Of a stretch of DNA of 64,000 bases, positions 36,233 through 47,684 are shown piece after piece. Numbering within the stretch: the first letter of the stretch is position 1; every line of letters begins with the position of its first letter. Below the pieces are notes generated by a model. It worked only from the letters and a program-made list of their open reading frames with translations. It made no database searches and was not told the DNA's origin. A program made the position numbers and the translations under genes. The DNA comes from Halocafeteria seosinensis (Eukaryota): NCBI GenBank assembly GCA_001687465.1, contig LVLI01000109.1, positions 1 through 64,000 on the forward strand, written 5' to 3'.

Positions 36233-38346
36233 ATGCCTATTACGCCTGAATTCCGTCTCTCTCAGACCCGGGAGCATGTCATTGCCGTCATTCGCCTCCC
36301 TTATATCAAGGTGACCAATTTAGAGTACCTCATCGAGGGTCATGATTTTTCCTTGTATTGCTACCCTTACCTATTGAAATTGACGCTCCCGGGCGAAGTT
36401 GTGGATGAAGAAGAATCCGGCAAAGGGGAAGCGCAACTGGACGGAAGCGAATCGGAAGGAGGAAGTTTGGATTCCTCAAAGCTTTATACACGAGAAAATC
36501 GAGGTTCTCGGACGGCTCGAGCTCAATATGACCCCAATAAAGTATGTCTTTCATGAACAGAGACCGTCAATACCGGATTCAACGTGATTGCATATGCACT
36601 TGGTTTTGAACAGGATAATGGAACCTTGACGGTATATATTCCTAAAAAGACCCCTGGAGAGGATTTCCCTGATTTAGATATGGTAACAAAGCTAATGCAA
36701 CCAAAGCCGAGATTCCCTGGGACGGGTGCTGCCGGCAGCAGTCAGTATGTATTTCGTCTCCATAATTGACAAAGCTGGGTAGCTCGTCATTCATGTGTGG
36801 TGTGTTTGCAGACCCAAGATACCTACACAACCGGGTGAAGATAAAGAAGAATCTGCTAGGAAACAACTTGAAGAAATGTACGTCTCCCAGCAGCAACAGT
36901 GGGACCGCTATCAACGAAGCAAACAGAACGGACCGCCATTGATTGAGGTTCTGGACTCAACTGAGTTTGAAGAGAATAACGAGAACGCTGAAGATGTGGC
37001 CTCCTGGGAGCCTAGCAGTGGCAGCACTAGTGCAACAGGAAGTAGCCTAGTCACATCTCAACTTGCATCATCGCATTCAGGAGAAGCTGGGGCAACCTCA
37101 TGCTCACAGACAGCTGCAGTCTCTGCTCCCGTGCGTTCATCATCCGAGTTGTTAGACTCGCCTGAAGAGAATGAAATCAAGTTTCCAAGCGGTAATAACG
37201 GAATCTCGTATGGCTTTAATGATCAGTATCAAGGAGTGTTCCGGCCCTTCGGGGAGGAGTCGGTATTAATAGTCGATTTGCCTTCTCCGGAAACGACACC
37301 GGTCGAACACCGTTCGAACCTCAGGGAAAGGTCTGAGATGGAATTATTTGATATTGAGAGATATATGTTGGACTTTTTGTATGGGAATGAGGATAATATT
37401 TATCAATCTGCGGTAGAATATATTCCTTGGTGGGTCGCTTTAGAAAATGAAAGCCGAAGTGTTGGGGACAAACGTCACTTCACGGAACAGGAGAACAGAA
37501 CCCTCCGAGGTCTTCCTAACAAAGAATACCTGATTGGGGATAATGAGAGGCCTAAACTATTTGCTGGACTTGTTAGTCTGGTGTATGCATATTGCTACGA
37601 CTACCGGACAACAGAAGGGGAGCATAGTTCGGAGTCTGGTTGGACATTGTGCAAACTTAGTCCATTATTGTCATGGCTGGACACACTTCCATCTCCTTCA
37701 GAGAGTTTAAAGGCATGTGTGCGTCGTGCCTTGATATTCCCTTATATTCGTAGATTTGATCTTGCAACGCTGGTTGCAACGGATGTAGTGACGGTGTTCA
37801 AGCTCGGAAAGCGAGCAATTCTTAGGTGTCTCCTCGCTGTGAAACAATTGCTGGAGAAAGAAGATCACGTGTATCTGTTGAATACCCTGTAAGTTGTGAT
37901 AAATAAAGGGTTTGGGAATGCTTATCAGGTGTTTACCAATCAATATGAACTTTTTGCTTCACAGGTACATTGATGATTATTGCGTGTGGATACAACACTT
38001 AGCAGAATCTACTATTTGTGATGTGTATTGCGACTTATACAATGCTCTCGAGTCCTTGAGGAAGGAATCACTGTGTCTCGGTTTGCGAGCGAGCGAGGAG
38101 AACGCAGTTCGTGTAAGAGATGATGAAATTTCACCTGAGGAGGCTATTGCGAATGTGAAAGAAACTCTGTGTAAATATGAAGCTGCTGAGTGTGCATCTT
38201 CCGAGGATGATGACTCCTCTATGGCGTCTTCGACGACCGGAACGACAGAAGAGGAAACGGAAAAGAGTAGTGAGTCTCCAGCACAGCAACGTCTCCCGGA
38301 TAACGCGTTTACCGAAGTTACAGAGTCGCCCCCACGTGGTCAGTAG
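36233..38346 (+). CDS. SHQ1: H/ACA RNP assembly factor SHQ1, four exons
   Basis: CS domain 'MPITPEFRLSQ..IRLPYIK..YPYLLKLTLPG', 'PKKTPGEDFPDLDMVTKL', 'YGFNDQY', 'YCYDYRTTEGEHSSESGWTLCKLSPLLSW', 'RRALIFP', 'YIDDYCVWIQ'. Confidence 0.9.
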
Positions 38347-40294
38347 TTTCCTCGCTACCTGACGGCTGCAAGAGTGCCACTCGGCGGCTGTTAAGTATTG
38401 CACTATCGTGTTCTCGAGACTCGGGGGTGCCCTGTGAGAAGTTCACAGACGGGACGATTTCAAGCGCTCAATCTAGTAATGGCGGGCATTCTGTTAGAGT
38501 AGGAATGATTGGGTAAACGTTCTCGTCAGAGTCGGAGGCACCTTCTCCTACTGCGCTGAGGTAACCCCCAGCCCAAACTTACTCGTAAGAATGGTAAGGC
38601 CGCTCGGTCTTAGGGGGCGGGCGAGAGTCATAGTTTTGCTATTACCAGTCGTTAGAGGCACACGTAGAGTAGTGCACTAAGTGTCGACAGTATGTGATGC
38701 TTGTTAGGAACCCCAAGGACTGTGCAAGTTAAGTTGACCACGATTGACCTTCTGGAGTTTGCGACTGCATCGGGTCGTCTTAAATTATGGTTCCGTCGCG
38801 CACCGGTAGAATATACTTATGAGTTTTGCGGTGCTGCTATACAACAACATACACTAGTATGTCCATAATCTTGGATGGGTTATGAATATAGGCCCTCATT
38901 GTTCCGAGCTCTTGCTCAATGCTTCCAGAAAACTTGCAAAGCATCAGTCTTTGACGAACCTCTCTTTTCGGGCATACACGTGCTAGTTGACAGCCGAAGT
39001 TAGGAGCACCAAATTGGCGAGGCTGCATAATACGCGTTTAAAACAAAATTCATGATGGATGATGAAACCCAAAAGTTCCTATCCATGACGAGTGAATGGA
39101 AGTGGGAAGTTCGTCATGGAACTCAACGTATGAGTCAGGGTACAGCGTAGTGCCAGTGCCAGTGCCACCGGTAGTCGTGCTCACCACAAAAATCTGGACA
39201 AAAGCGGTGTATCTGTAGCAAAAGCCTCTGAAGACGCGCAATCTGCTACAAATTGTACTCTGAATAAGTGGGGTTGTTCGCTGCGAATAATAATGTTTTC
39301 CGCTCGTTACAACCGCGTGTGCGTTCTAGAATCTGGACACTCTACCGTACAGAAGTTGTATACACAGTACAGTATTGACAGACCAACCGTGAGGAGCCAA
39401 AAGAAGTGCTCGTCAACAAAGCAAGTATTCCTCCGAAACCATAGGAAACCAAGGCGTCGGGCAGAAAAAACAAACAATAGAGCGTGATGCATCGCCTTTT
39501 CTACAGCTCATAACCATGGCACGACCCACAAAGCGTATATCATCCTCGTTCACCTTGCAGTGGGCGCTGATATTGACAGGGATTGCTTTCATTGATGTCC
39601 GTCCTTGCTTGATATCTGATCGGGAGCAAGAGCAACTCGGCAGTCCTAACCTCACCCTCAGTGAGCAACGCGTACCAGCGCATCGCGTCTTCCCTTGCCA
39701 GTGTGATACTCCCCTGGTGTATGGATCTCGTCAAAGGGTGCATCACTTTACCTGCTCTGCTCGTACCGTGCGGTCATCTTATTTGCTTAATAGCAAACGG
39801 AAAAGCAACCATATCCGTTCTCCTCCGATGATTGGCTCTTTGTTACGAGGAAAACAAGCCCACCAGATGGAATCTTGTGACTATTGCATACTTGGAAATA
39901 CGGGAAAAAGAATACATGCCTCAAATATGACTTCCCTGGAAGATCCAGTTGCCATGGACCACCTTGCAGTTATGAAGGTCCTACGAAAGAAAAGTGACAA
40001 GAAGTTGGTGGGATTCTTCAGTCTCCTGTTGCTATCGTCCGAGACGAACATGTACCTCGAATTGAAGGATGATTTTTCACCAAAACTTCATTGGACAGCG
40101 ATCGAGTCCGTTCGTTGGTGGAGCAAGCTGGCTAATAGCGGACGAGCAGGTGCTGTTTTTGCTATAGCGACCGATATAGGTCCATTCCGTAGTGTTCGAC
40201 AGATGTTTCCCTTCCCTGAACACATGGCGCACCTAGGGTTCCACGGCTTGACTGTCCCAAAGCAGAATTCACTGCTTGTTTTATTTAACCTGCT

Positions 40295-40393
40295 GATCGC
40301 ATCAGTCCAGGTTCTAGCATTGAGTTGGATCGCATCAGTCCAGGTTCTAGCATTGAGTTGGATCGCATCAGTCCAGGTTCTAGCATTGAGTTG
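40295..40393. repeat. Three perfect tandem copies of a 33-bp unit
   Basis: gatcgcatcagtccaggttctagcattgagttg x3. Confidence 0.95.
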
Positions 40394-40520
40394 GAAGTTT
40401 ACCAGGTTCTCAGCTCCAGGAGATCAAGATTTTTCAGCAGCTCCCAGCAACACTTTGGAAAGGACTTCTCGCTTGAAATATAAAGTCCCAATCCAGACAC
40501 TGGTGTGGCCAGTCCCTACA

Positions 40521-42332
40521 ATGGGAATGAAACAGCTAGCGTATCGAACATATTCAAAAGCGTCTCTGGCTTATTCACACACGACGGTTGTGTTGGCGTC
40601 ATTGTTTTTTGGTTGCGTTTTTTCGACCGAGGCAGTGGCAAGAGACTTACGTTTCGCAATTCTAAATGGTGACGAATCTTGCTTCCATTTTATTGCGGAT
40701 CAACGCCAGTTTGAAATGAATTGTAGTGAGTTGGTGTGGAGTGATCACGGTTACACGAACCAGGATTACATCTCGTTGGATGCGAATGAGGTATTTGACG
40801 GTGGACGGAAGAATGGTCATATGTTGGATCTGAACGGAATAGCAGGTTTCAAAGGATTGTATACGATAATGGGTAGTGTTGCATCGTTTGATCAAGCTCC
40901 CTTGATTCGGAATCTTGATGTAAGGCGTGGGGAAACTGCAAAATATGGTGGATTCATTGTCCGACAAGAGCAGAAATTCTTTATTATAGAGTCATGTAGC
41001 TCATCAGGAGATATTGCTGATACGCATGGTGGTGGTATATGTGGTTGGCGAAGCGGTCATAATGGTCAAATCAGGATATCGAATTCGTATTCGACAGGGA
41101 GGATACTGGGTGGAGCAACGGGTGCAGGTGGTATTGCAGGAAACAGAGTAGGAGACAATCATGGTATTGTCAATATCACGGGTTGTTATTCCACTGGGAC
41201 GATTGAAGCCCTGGTTGCAGGTGGTATCTGTGGAAGTGCTGCTGGTCTTACGAATGGTCAAGTGTATATAACTCGTTCCTATTCCACAGGAGATATCACT
41301 CCTAGTGGTCAACAGAGTGGTGGTATTGTGGGTGTCAATGCTGGTAACACCAATGGATTCGTTTATATCAAGGAATGCTATAGTATGGGGCGAATATCTG
41401 CAGATTATAGTGGAGGGATTACCGCCGGCGAGACAGCAGACGATGGGGGTGAAGTACATATCATAGATTGTTATTCACGAGGAGATATTAGTGGCACAGA
41501 AGCAGGAGGTATTACAGGAGACCAGACAGGAGGAGAATCAGGCAGTGCGACAGGCGATGTGTACATCACAAATACATATGCATCAGGTGCAGTCACTGGG
41601 ACGGATGCTGGTGGTATTATAGGCCACATATTCAGTGGAGCGAATGGTACTATTCACGTGAGATACTCAGTATACAATGGCACTGAAGGAGCAGCGTCGA
41701 TCGTAGGAGTGGATGATGGAAATAATCTCCTCGAGACAGACAATTCAGATGATTTGACCGACATACATGGTCAACTGTATCAACTGGGAAGTTGGTCAAA
41801 TGATGTATGGGCTTTAGATAGAGGAGAACATGACGATGAAGAGGAGAATCTGCTGCCGATTCTACGCTTTCAATTACCAGCGTCATCTCCTACTCCTTCA
41901 CCGATGTCGACGCCATCAGCGACAACGACAAAATCGGAGACTCCTTCAAGCAGCGTTACAAAGTTTACATCCTCTGCTACTCCATCGTCGTCGCATAGCC
42001 AAACAAGGATTTCAACTGGAAGGGCAAGCCCCACGCTACCTTTAACACCGACTCAAAGTTCCACTTCCACGTCGACGGCCACTAGATCGGAAACCATGTC
42101 AAATTCTTGCTCATCGTCTGTAAGTGCCTCACCGACTTCGACATCTGCTCACTCGACTTCATTTTCCAACGCTAGCTCTCCGACTATGACAGGAACGTCA
42201 TCGTCCAGCTTGACTCCAACACGAAGCTCCATGTCGACACCCTCCGAAGCCGTTACGGGTAAACCAGACGATCCGTCTGACAAGATCATTGTACTGCCTG
42301 CTCAAAGACCCAAGCGTACGGTAAATGGCTGA
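40521..42332 (+). CDS. Secreted/surface GLUG-like repeat protein with Ser/Thr-rich stalk
   Basis: Signal-like 'TTVVLASLFFGCVFSTEAVA' after ATG 40521; about seven repeats of 'I..CYS.G.I....GGI.G'; S/T/P-rich C-terminus. The upstream in-frame extension from 39516 looks non-coding. Confidence 0.7.
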   Translation: MGMKQLAYRTYSKASLAYSHTTVVLASLFFGCVFSTEAVARDLRFAILNGDESCFHFIADQRQFEMNCSELVWSDHGYTNQDYISLDANEVFDGGRKNGHMLDLNGIAGFKGLYTIMGSVASFDQAPLIRNLDVRRGETAKYGGFIVRQEQKFFIIESCSSSGDIADTHGGGICGWRSGHNGQIRISNSYSTGRILGGATGAGGIAGNRVGDNHGIVNITGCYSTGTIEALVAGGICGSAAGLTNGQVYITRSYSTGDITPSGQQSGGIVGVNAGNTNGFVYIKECYSMGRISADYSGGITAGETADDGGEVHIIDCYSRGDISGTEAGGITGDQTGGESGSATGDVYITNTYASGAVTGTDAGGIIGHIFSGANGTIHVRYSVYNGTEGAASIVGVDDGNNLLETDNSDDLTDIHGQLYQLGSWSNDVWALDRGEHDDEEENLLPILRFQLPASSPTPSPMSTPSATTTKSETPSSSVTKFTSSATPSSSHSQTRISTGRASPTLPLTPTQSSTSTSTATRSETMSNSCSSSVSASPTSTSAHSTSFSNASSPTMTGTSSSSLTPTRSSMSTPSEAVTGKPDDPSDKIIVLPAQRPKRTVNG

Positions 42333-44045
42333 AGATGTTTGACAAGACATTTCAAGGAATCAAACAAGAAAAATGTTGAGGCGTAATCCAATAGCAACAT
42401 GAATGATAAGTTTTACAGTAGCGGTACTCGAAGCATAATGATAATAACCTTAAATTATGTACACAACAGATCTTGCTTGCGCGGATGTATCAGGGTTTCT
42501 GCCGCTGGGGGGAATGGCGCTGTACCCGCGATGGGATCACCTCACGATTGAAGACAGGATATCTGACATTACCACGAGAATCGACATAGACCAAAGCTCA
42601 GCACAATGTTTGAATCTGTATGAGCAGCTTGCGTGTGATATGTTTTTCTTCTTCGCATTCATTCTCCCTTTCATGAACGCTTCCGTCGTGCTGCATTTGC
42701 ATAACATTGCTGTTTTCTCCGCTCGTGGACGGAGTTCGGTAAATGAATCAGGATGATCATAGTGTAGATGTTACTAAGCTCAAGTAACTAAGAAATGCTT
42801 TTATACCGGTTGTGCTGTACTGATCGTCCTATTATAGGCTAAAATCAGAAGTAGGGCTAAACTCTAAACCAGGAGTTCGGCTCTTATTCGCATTTAGAAA
42901 TTCGAACACTCGACAGACGGCGGAAAACTCCACTTTTTTGCCCGCAGTTTTTACTAGAGGGGTGGTATCCGCTGTAGCCAACACGATTTTTTTCCACCTT
43001 GGATACTCTCCCGCAAGTCGTGGGAATTAGCGTGGACATTTGATAGAGGTGTTGCCATCGTAGTCAGAGACAGGAGAATTCGTCACAAAGTTAACGAATG
43101 CGAACAGATTTTACATGGTGTCATACTTTTACAGCAAACCAATGGCGCGACAAGTCTCGAAATCAAAACCTCGAGACAGATTTCGAATAGCTCATCATTG
43201 TAACATGACTCTGGGTTTTGCTGGTAGCCTATCCACACCAGTCCTGGTCCGACCACCGATGGGAACCCTAACTCGTTGATGCAGAAACTTCGAAGCACTC
43301 TGTACATCAGTCCAACTTGGACGATGCAACTATAAATCTCTATATACTTCCTTACCTCGTGACCTCTTTGCCCGTTCGATGACGACGACGGAACCACCAT
43401 TGGTGTCCGAAGCAGTCCGAGGTAGCGTCGGTGGCGAAGATCCCTTCTTCGGCTGGTCCCGGGATAATCGCGCAGTTGCTTCATGGGTATTTACAGGCCC
43501 AGTGGTTTCTGTCTCTAGCAAAAGCAACCATGTTACAGCATACCCCAGCTGACACAGTGCTGAACACCTGCAGGACACTACTGTACATATTATCCTCCTG
43601 CATTCTTTCGCTGTTGTCCCTCGTCCTTGGCATCATTTCACCCTGTTCCCTTCTCTGATTTTCCTCTTCTCTGCTCTCTTTGTACGTGTGTTCTCCGTCA
43701 AGCATCATAAGACCATGTACAGTGCAGGTACTGGTTTTACATATTGTATTCCCGCACCGTGTCCCTCGCCAGATATTCCCAATATTTGCACCTTAACAGT
43801 CTGAAATAGGTCTGTACTTGGTACAATACACCGAGGATCTCTCCTTTCTGTCTTGTTTGCTTTGTAATAACCCTCTCTATTTCTTTTGCTTTTGGCTGAC
43901 CGGAACGGCAAAAAAAAAGATGATGTGAGAAGGAGATACAGAAAAGAAGATACTAACGCTTCTTCTTTTCTGTCCTCCTTCCCAGATGGTCAATTTTGCT
44001 TAGTCTATTAATAATGTTGTTTATGTGTCTATGTGTATATATATA

Positions 44046-44102
44046 TAGATTTTTTTTTATAAATTTATATATATATATATAATATATTTATAAAATAATC
44101 TA
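44046..44102. repeat. AT-rich imperfect palindrome at the host/element junction
   Basis: tagatt..ttttataaat-ttatatatatatatataa-..atttataaaa.aatcta folds with bulges on both arms. Confidence 0.75.
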
Positions 44103-44491
44103 ATAGGCTAGTTAGAAAAAATTAAAAACATTAGCATCAGGCACAATTGCTCCCTTCTTGGGGGAGGTAGCGATTTTTAAAGAAAGTTTATTTTAAACCG
44201 TTATTACCCTTCATTAATGAAACTAAAAGAAAATGAACACATTTTCACAAACGATACTAAATTGTTTTTGACGCCACTTTTTTCTAAAAAGGGCTTTGGG
44301 TTAGTTATTGAAAAGGATAGTCAGTTAATGAACCTAACCAACAACGAACTTCCGTATATTCTAGATTACAATTAACAAAAGCATCCAAAATACATTCATT
44401 TTCAATTCCACCTAAAGAATACAACCATTTAGCTGTTTCTAGATGACCATTTTGACAACACCAACGAAATTCGGGGAAAAGGTTAGGAGTT

Positions 44492-44827
44492 TTAATTTTT
44501 GTTAAACAGTGTTTTAAGTTTATTTTCCCAAGAAAGATTAGGATTATTCATAAAACTAGTAATATCTACCGCATTTTCTAACTGAAGGTATAGGTCTGGA
44601 TTTTGTTGTATAAGAAATGTTTCGTGTAAATAGTCCCAGACTTCATCCCAATTAATCTGCGATTTTTGAATGTTGGGGTAATCATCTACGTTAAATTCTT
44701 TTACGATATCGCTAAGGATACCCTCTTGTTCTGTAAGAGGGTAGTCCCAAAAGTCTAAAGGTATAATGTTGTTCTCGATAATGAGAGCGGTTTCTTTGGT
44801 ATCATAGTTAGTCCATTGGTTTTCCAT
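44492..44827 (-). CDS. Hypothetical viral protein
   Basis: 111-aa ORF with an upstream AAAAATGATTT motif shared with neighbouring genes. Confidence 0.6.
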   Translation of the reverse strand: MENQWTNYDTKETALIIENNIIPLDFWDYPLTEQEGILSDIVKEFNVDDYPNIQKSQINWDEVWDYLHETFLIQQNPDLYLQLENAVDITSFMNNPNLSWENKLKTLFNKN

Positions 44828-44893
44828 TGTTTATATATGTGGTTTTGTTTAAAAAGAAAAAAACAAAATCATTTTTTTTTTCTCATTTTTGAA

Positions 44894-46006
44894 CTATTTA
44901 GAGCAAAATAGAAAGATTTCGTTGGGAAAAAATCGCATTTCTTCTTTTAGATTTTCAAGCTTGTTAGCACAAAATACTTGGCTAAAATATTGCTTCAATT
45001 TTTCAATTCTTTTCAATAGATTGGCTTTACTCCTATCTCGTTCAATATGGTATGCTATAACCATTTTCTTTACCCCTGTAAAGTCAATGTTGTCTATTAG
45101 TTCTATTTCAGCACCTTCAATATCCATCTTAATACAATCGCCTTTTTCTATTAATTCCTGTAAATTTTGAACATCTGTTTCCCAGTATTCGGTTTTATTT
45201 TTGTTCGGATAAAAGGAATTCAACCACGGTTTAGTAGGGTGTTTATAAAACTTTCTTTTATTTTCTCTATCAATACCTAAAGGTTTATCAATAATAGTTG
45301 GAATTTTAACATTTCTTTGACTAAACCAATCTTTCATGATTTCTGTATTCCTAGGGTCTGGTTCGCAAAAGTATTTAACAGAACCTCCATTCATCAGGAC
45401 TTTAAAACTAAAACAACCAATATTTCCCCCACAATCAATCCATCGTTCATAAGGTTCAATTTTAAAACTGCGTCTTTGATAGGGACATTTTCTGATTACT
45501 TCCTTGACTATTGAATTGTATTCCGGATAGTCTGGATAGAAACTGAAACAATTATTATGATACAGCATAACCGAATACCTTGTTCCTTGATGGGGTTTAT
45601 TGTAGTGAGTAATATTAGTTCCATCAAAGACTTGAGGTTTATGATTAATGTCTATTTCTTCAAGTGTTCCATTAGGATGTTCTAAGACTAATTCACCACC
45701 CGTATAATTACCTAAACCTAGTATCAAAGTATTTCCTACATTTTTCCCATCTTTATGAGGCGGACATACAAAATCTTTGTTAATGGTGGCTGATGAAAAA
45801 GGAAAATTATACTCTTTTCCTATCTTTTTTATTGCTTCCCAGATTTCTGGATACTGATAGGTTAATTTCGTGTTTCCAATTTCACTAGTAAATAGTTTTT
45901 GAAAAATGCCTAGATGAAAGGATTGTATTTTGGTATTTGAAAGTTTTTTCCGCTGAGTTGTTGGAAATGGTTCTAGCTGATTAAGTAGGTCTTCTAAAAT
46001 ATCCAT
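44894..46006 (-). CDS. 2OG-Fe(II) oxygenase (TET/JBP-like) fused to FkbM-family methyltransferase
   Basis: HxD 'PPHKDGKN', 'LGNYTGGEL', distal His and Arg 'FDGTNITHYNKPHQGTRYSV'; then 'WIDCGGNIGCFS', 'CEPDPRN', 'IKMDIEGAE'. Likely start ATG 46006, because the upstream in-frame part is translated repeat DNA. Confidence 0.75.
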   Translation of the reverse strand: MDILEDLLNQLEPFPTTQRKKLSNTKIQSFHLGIFQKLFTSEIGNTKLTYQYPEIWEAIKKIGKEYNFPFSSATINKDFVCPPHKDGKNVGNTLILGLGNYTGGELVLEHPNGTLEEIDINHKPQVFDGTNITHYNKPHQGTRYSVMLYHNNCFSFYPDYPEYNSIVKEVIRKCPYQRRSFKIEPYERWIDCGGNIGCFSFKVLMNGGSVKYFCEPDPRNTEIMKDWFSQRNVKIPTIIDKPLGIDRENKRKFYKHPTKPWLNSFYPNKNKTEYWETDVQNLQELIEKGDCIKMDIEGAEIELIDNIDFTGVKKMVIAYHIERDRSKANLLKRIEKLKQYFSQVFCANKLENLKEEMRFFPNEIFLFCSK

Positions 46007-46100
46007 ATATATTTCTGAAATACTTTGTTCCTTTATGCTTTTAAAAAACATGGCAAAACGGTTTTTTGATGTTACTTTTTTTCTAAAAAAGAACAAAGCA

Positions 46101-46373
46101 TTAGATAAGACATTCAACAGGTTCTTTAGGTTGGATAGGTTTAACAGTAGTTTTCTTTTTAGCATCTTTTTTCTTTTCCTTATTATTATTGAATTGGAGT
46201 ATATAGTTGGGTTCTTCTAACCCTAGTTTTTCAAGTCTGGCTTGAATAGCTCCTGTAGTTCGTCCTAATTCTTTGGCTATTTCTTCTTTAGAAATTTTGT
46301 TATTATAACGGGTTTTAAGGGTTTCTTCTTGCTCTGTAGTCCATTTCTTGTATGTACCTGCTTTACCTGACAT
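46101..46373 (-). CDS. Small helix-turn-helix (Myb/GcrA-like) DNA-binding protein
   Basis: 'KWTTEQEETLK....EIAKELGRTTGAIQARLEKLGL'. Confidence 0.7.
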   Translation of the reverse strand: MSGKAGTYKKWTTEQEETLKTRYNNKISKEEIAKELGRTTGAIQARLEKLGLEEPNYILQFNNNKEKKKDAKKKTTVKPIQPKEPVECLI

Positions 46374-46425
46374 TATATATGTGTTTTTCTTTTTGAAACT
46401 AGAAAAAACAAAATCATTTTTCCCC

Positions 46426-47112
46426 TCATTTTTCAGGCTCATCGTCCAGTAGATTAGCGTTGTTTTGATACGATTTACATTTCTTGGACTTATGATGTCT
46501 GGTTAGATTACCCCTACTAACTTCTAGAGAGCAGAATTCACAAGTTATTTTTTGTCTCAAATACTCTTTATTCTTTTCATACCATTGTTTATTCCATTGT
46601 TTAGCCTGTTCAAGATATTTTTCACGATTATCTTTATTCCATTGTTTAGCCTGTTCAAGATATTTTTCACGATTATTTTTCTTCCACTGTTTAACCTGTT
46701 CAATACATTTCTCCCTGTTTTGTGAGTACCATTGTGCATGCCATTGTTTAGATTTATCTTTGTTATTTTGACGATATTCTTTTTTCTCTCTAGAAGGAAC
46801 ACGCTTATTTAACGTAGCTTGTAATTCTTCAAGATAATATCGTTCTCTTTTCGCTAACTGATGGCTAGTTTCACAGGGATACTGTTCAAGCAACACCATA
46901 TCCCAGTTTTCCCAGCCACCATTTTCTCTAATAAACTGATAAACGTAGTAATCATATTTTTTATCATTTGGAATGGTGCTACAGGATTTATGTTGCCTTT
47001 TTCTCTGTTTGAAATTTGTTGTGCTTCCCACATAACAATCATTTATTGAAGGGTCTAAACATGCTATCTTGTATATCAAACCATTATTGTAATTCACTTG
47101 TTTTTTTGGCAT
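46426..47112 (-). CDS. GIY-YIG endonuclease with C-terminal zinc finger
   Basis: 'GLIYKI..CYVGST..FKQRK..H', conserved Glu in 'RERYYL', 15-aa repeats 'REKYLEQAKQWNK', C-terminal 'CEFC..LTRHHKSKKC'. Confidence 0.85.
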   Translation of the reverse strand: MPKKQVNYNNGLIYKIACLDPSINDCYVGSTTNFKQRKRQHKSCSTIPNDKKYDYYVYQFIRENGGWENWDMVLLEQYPCETSHQLAKRERYYLEELQATLNKRVPSREKKEYRQNNKDKSKQWHAQWYSQNREKCIEQVKQWKKNNREKYLEQAKQWNKDNREKYLEQAKQWNKQWYEKNKEYLRQKITCEFCSLEVSRGNLTRHHKSKKCKSYQNNANLLDDEPEK

Positions 47113-47185
47113 TTAAACTTTATAATACTTTTTAAAAGATATAACTCTAAATCATTTTTTTTGTTGGCTATAGATATAATAAAAA

Positions 47186-47371
47186 ATGGTCAGATTAGGA
47201 GGAGCAAAAGGAAAGAAAAGAAAATCGAAGTGGAACACTGTGCTGTCGGATGCTCTTAAAGCACGTTACCAAAACATACCTAAGTTAGCTCAACAGTCCA
47301 AATGGACAAGAGAACGAGTATTTAGGAATGCTGTAGAAGCAACAAAGAAATGGTATAAACCTAAGAAATAA
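47186..47371 (+). CDS. Small basic protein with N-terminal GG motif (putative core protein)
   Basis: 'MVRLGG|AKGKKRKSKWN'; paralog at 61028-61231. Confidence 0.65.
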   Translation: MVRLGGAKGKKRKSKWNTVLSDALKARYQNIPKLAQQSKWTRERVFRNAVEATKKWYKPKK

Positions 47372-47428
47372 AGCTCTTTTTTAGAAAAAATACTTTTAAA
47401 AAAGTTCTGCTATGTTTTTTTAAAAGCA

Positions 47429-47635
47429 ATGAATAATCCTAAACTAAACGGGTTACAGAAGCGAATTTTGAAGCTAAAGAAATTACAACAGTGGTTAGTT
47501 TACCGTATGATATCTGAACGATATGGTGAGGACATACTACACGTGAGTGGAAGTATAACGACTTTCTTACCGGAGCATTTAGACGATGATTTCATAGATG
47601 AACTGGATGCGTATGTTAAGAGTTTCCAGCGTTAG
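47429..47635 (+). CDS. Hypothetical protein
   Basis: 68-aa ORF bracketed by repeat modules. Confidence 0.5.
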   Translation: MNNPKLNGLQKRILKLKKLQQWLVYRMISERYGEDILHVSGSITTFLPEHLDDDFIDELDAYVKSFQR

Positions 47636-47684
47636 CGTCTTCAAAAGAATGTGTTTTTTTGACGCCACTTTTTTTTAAAAAGGG

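Noticed and set aside
40295..40393. 33-bp repeats as CRISPR repeats
   Set aside because: Head-to-tail copies with no spacers; a simple minisatellite.
39516..40520. N-terminal 335 aa of the 938-aa ORF as real coding sequence
   Set aside because: No recognisable domain, contains the minisatellite, and a signal-peptide-like start lies at 40521.
44110..44480. Integrase or recombinase remnant at the left end of element A
   Set aside because: Fragmented frames with no recognisable catalytic motif.
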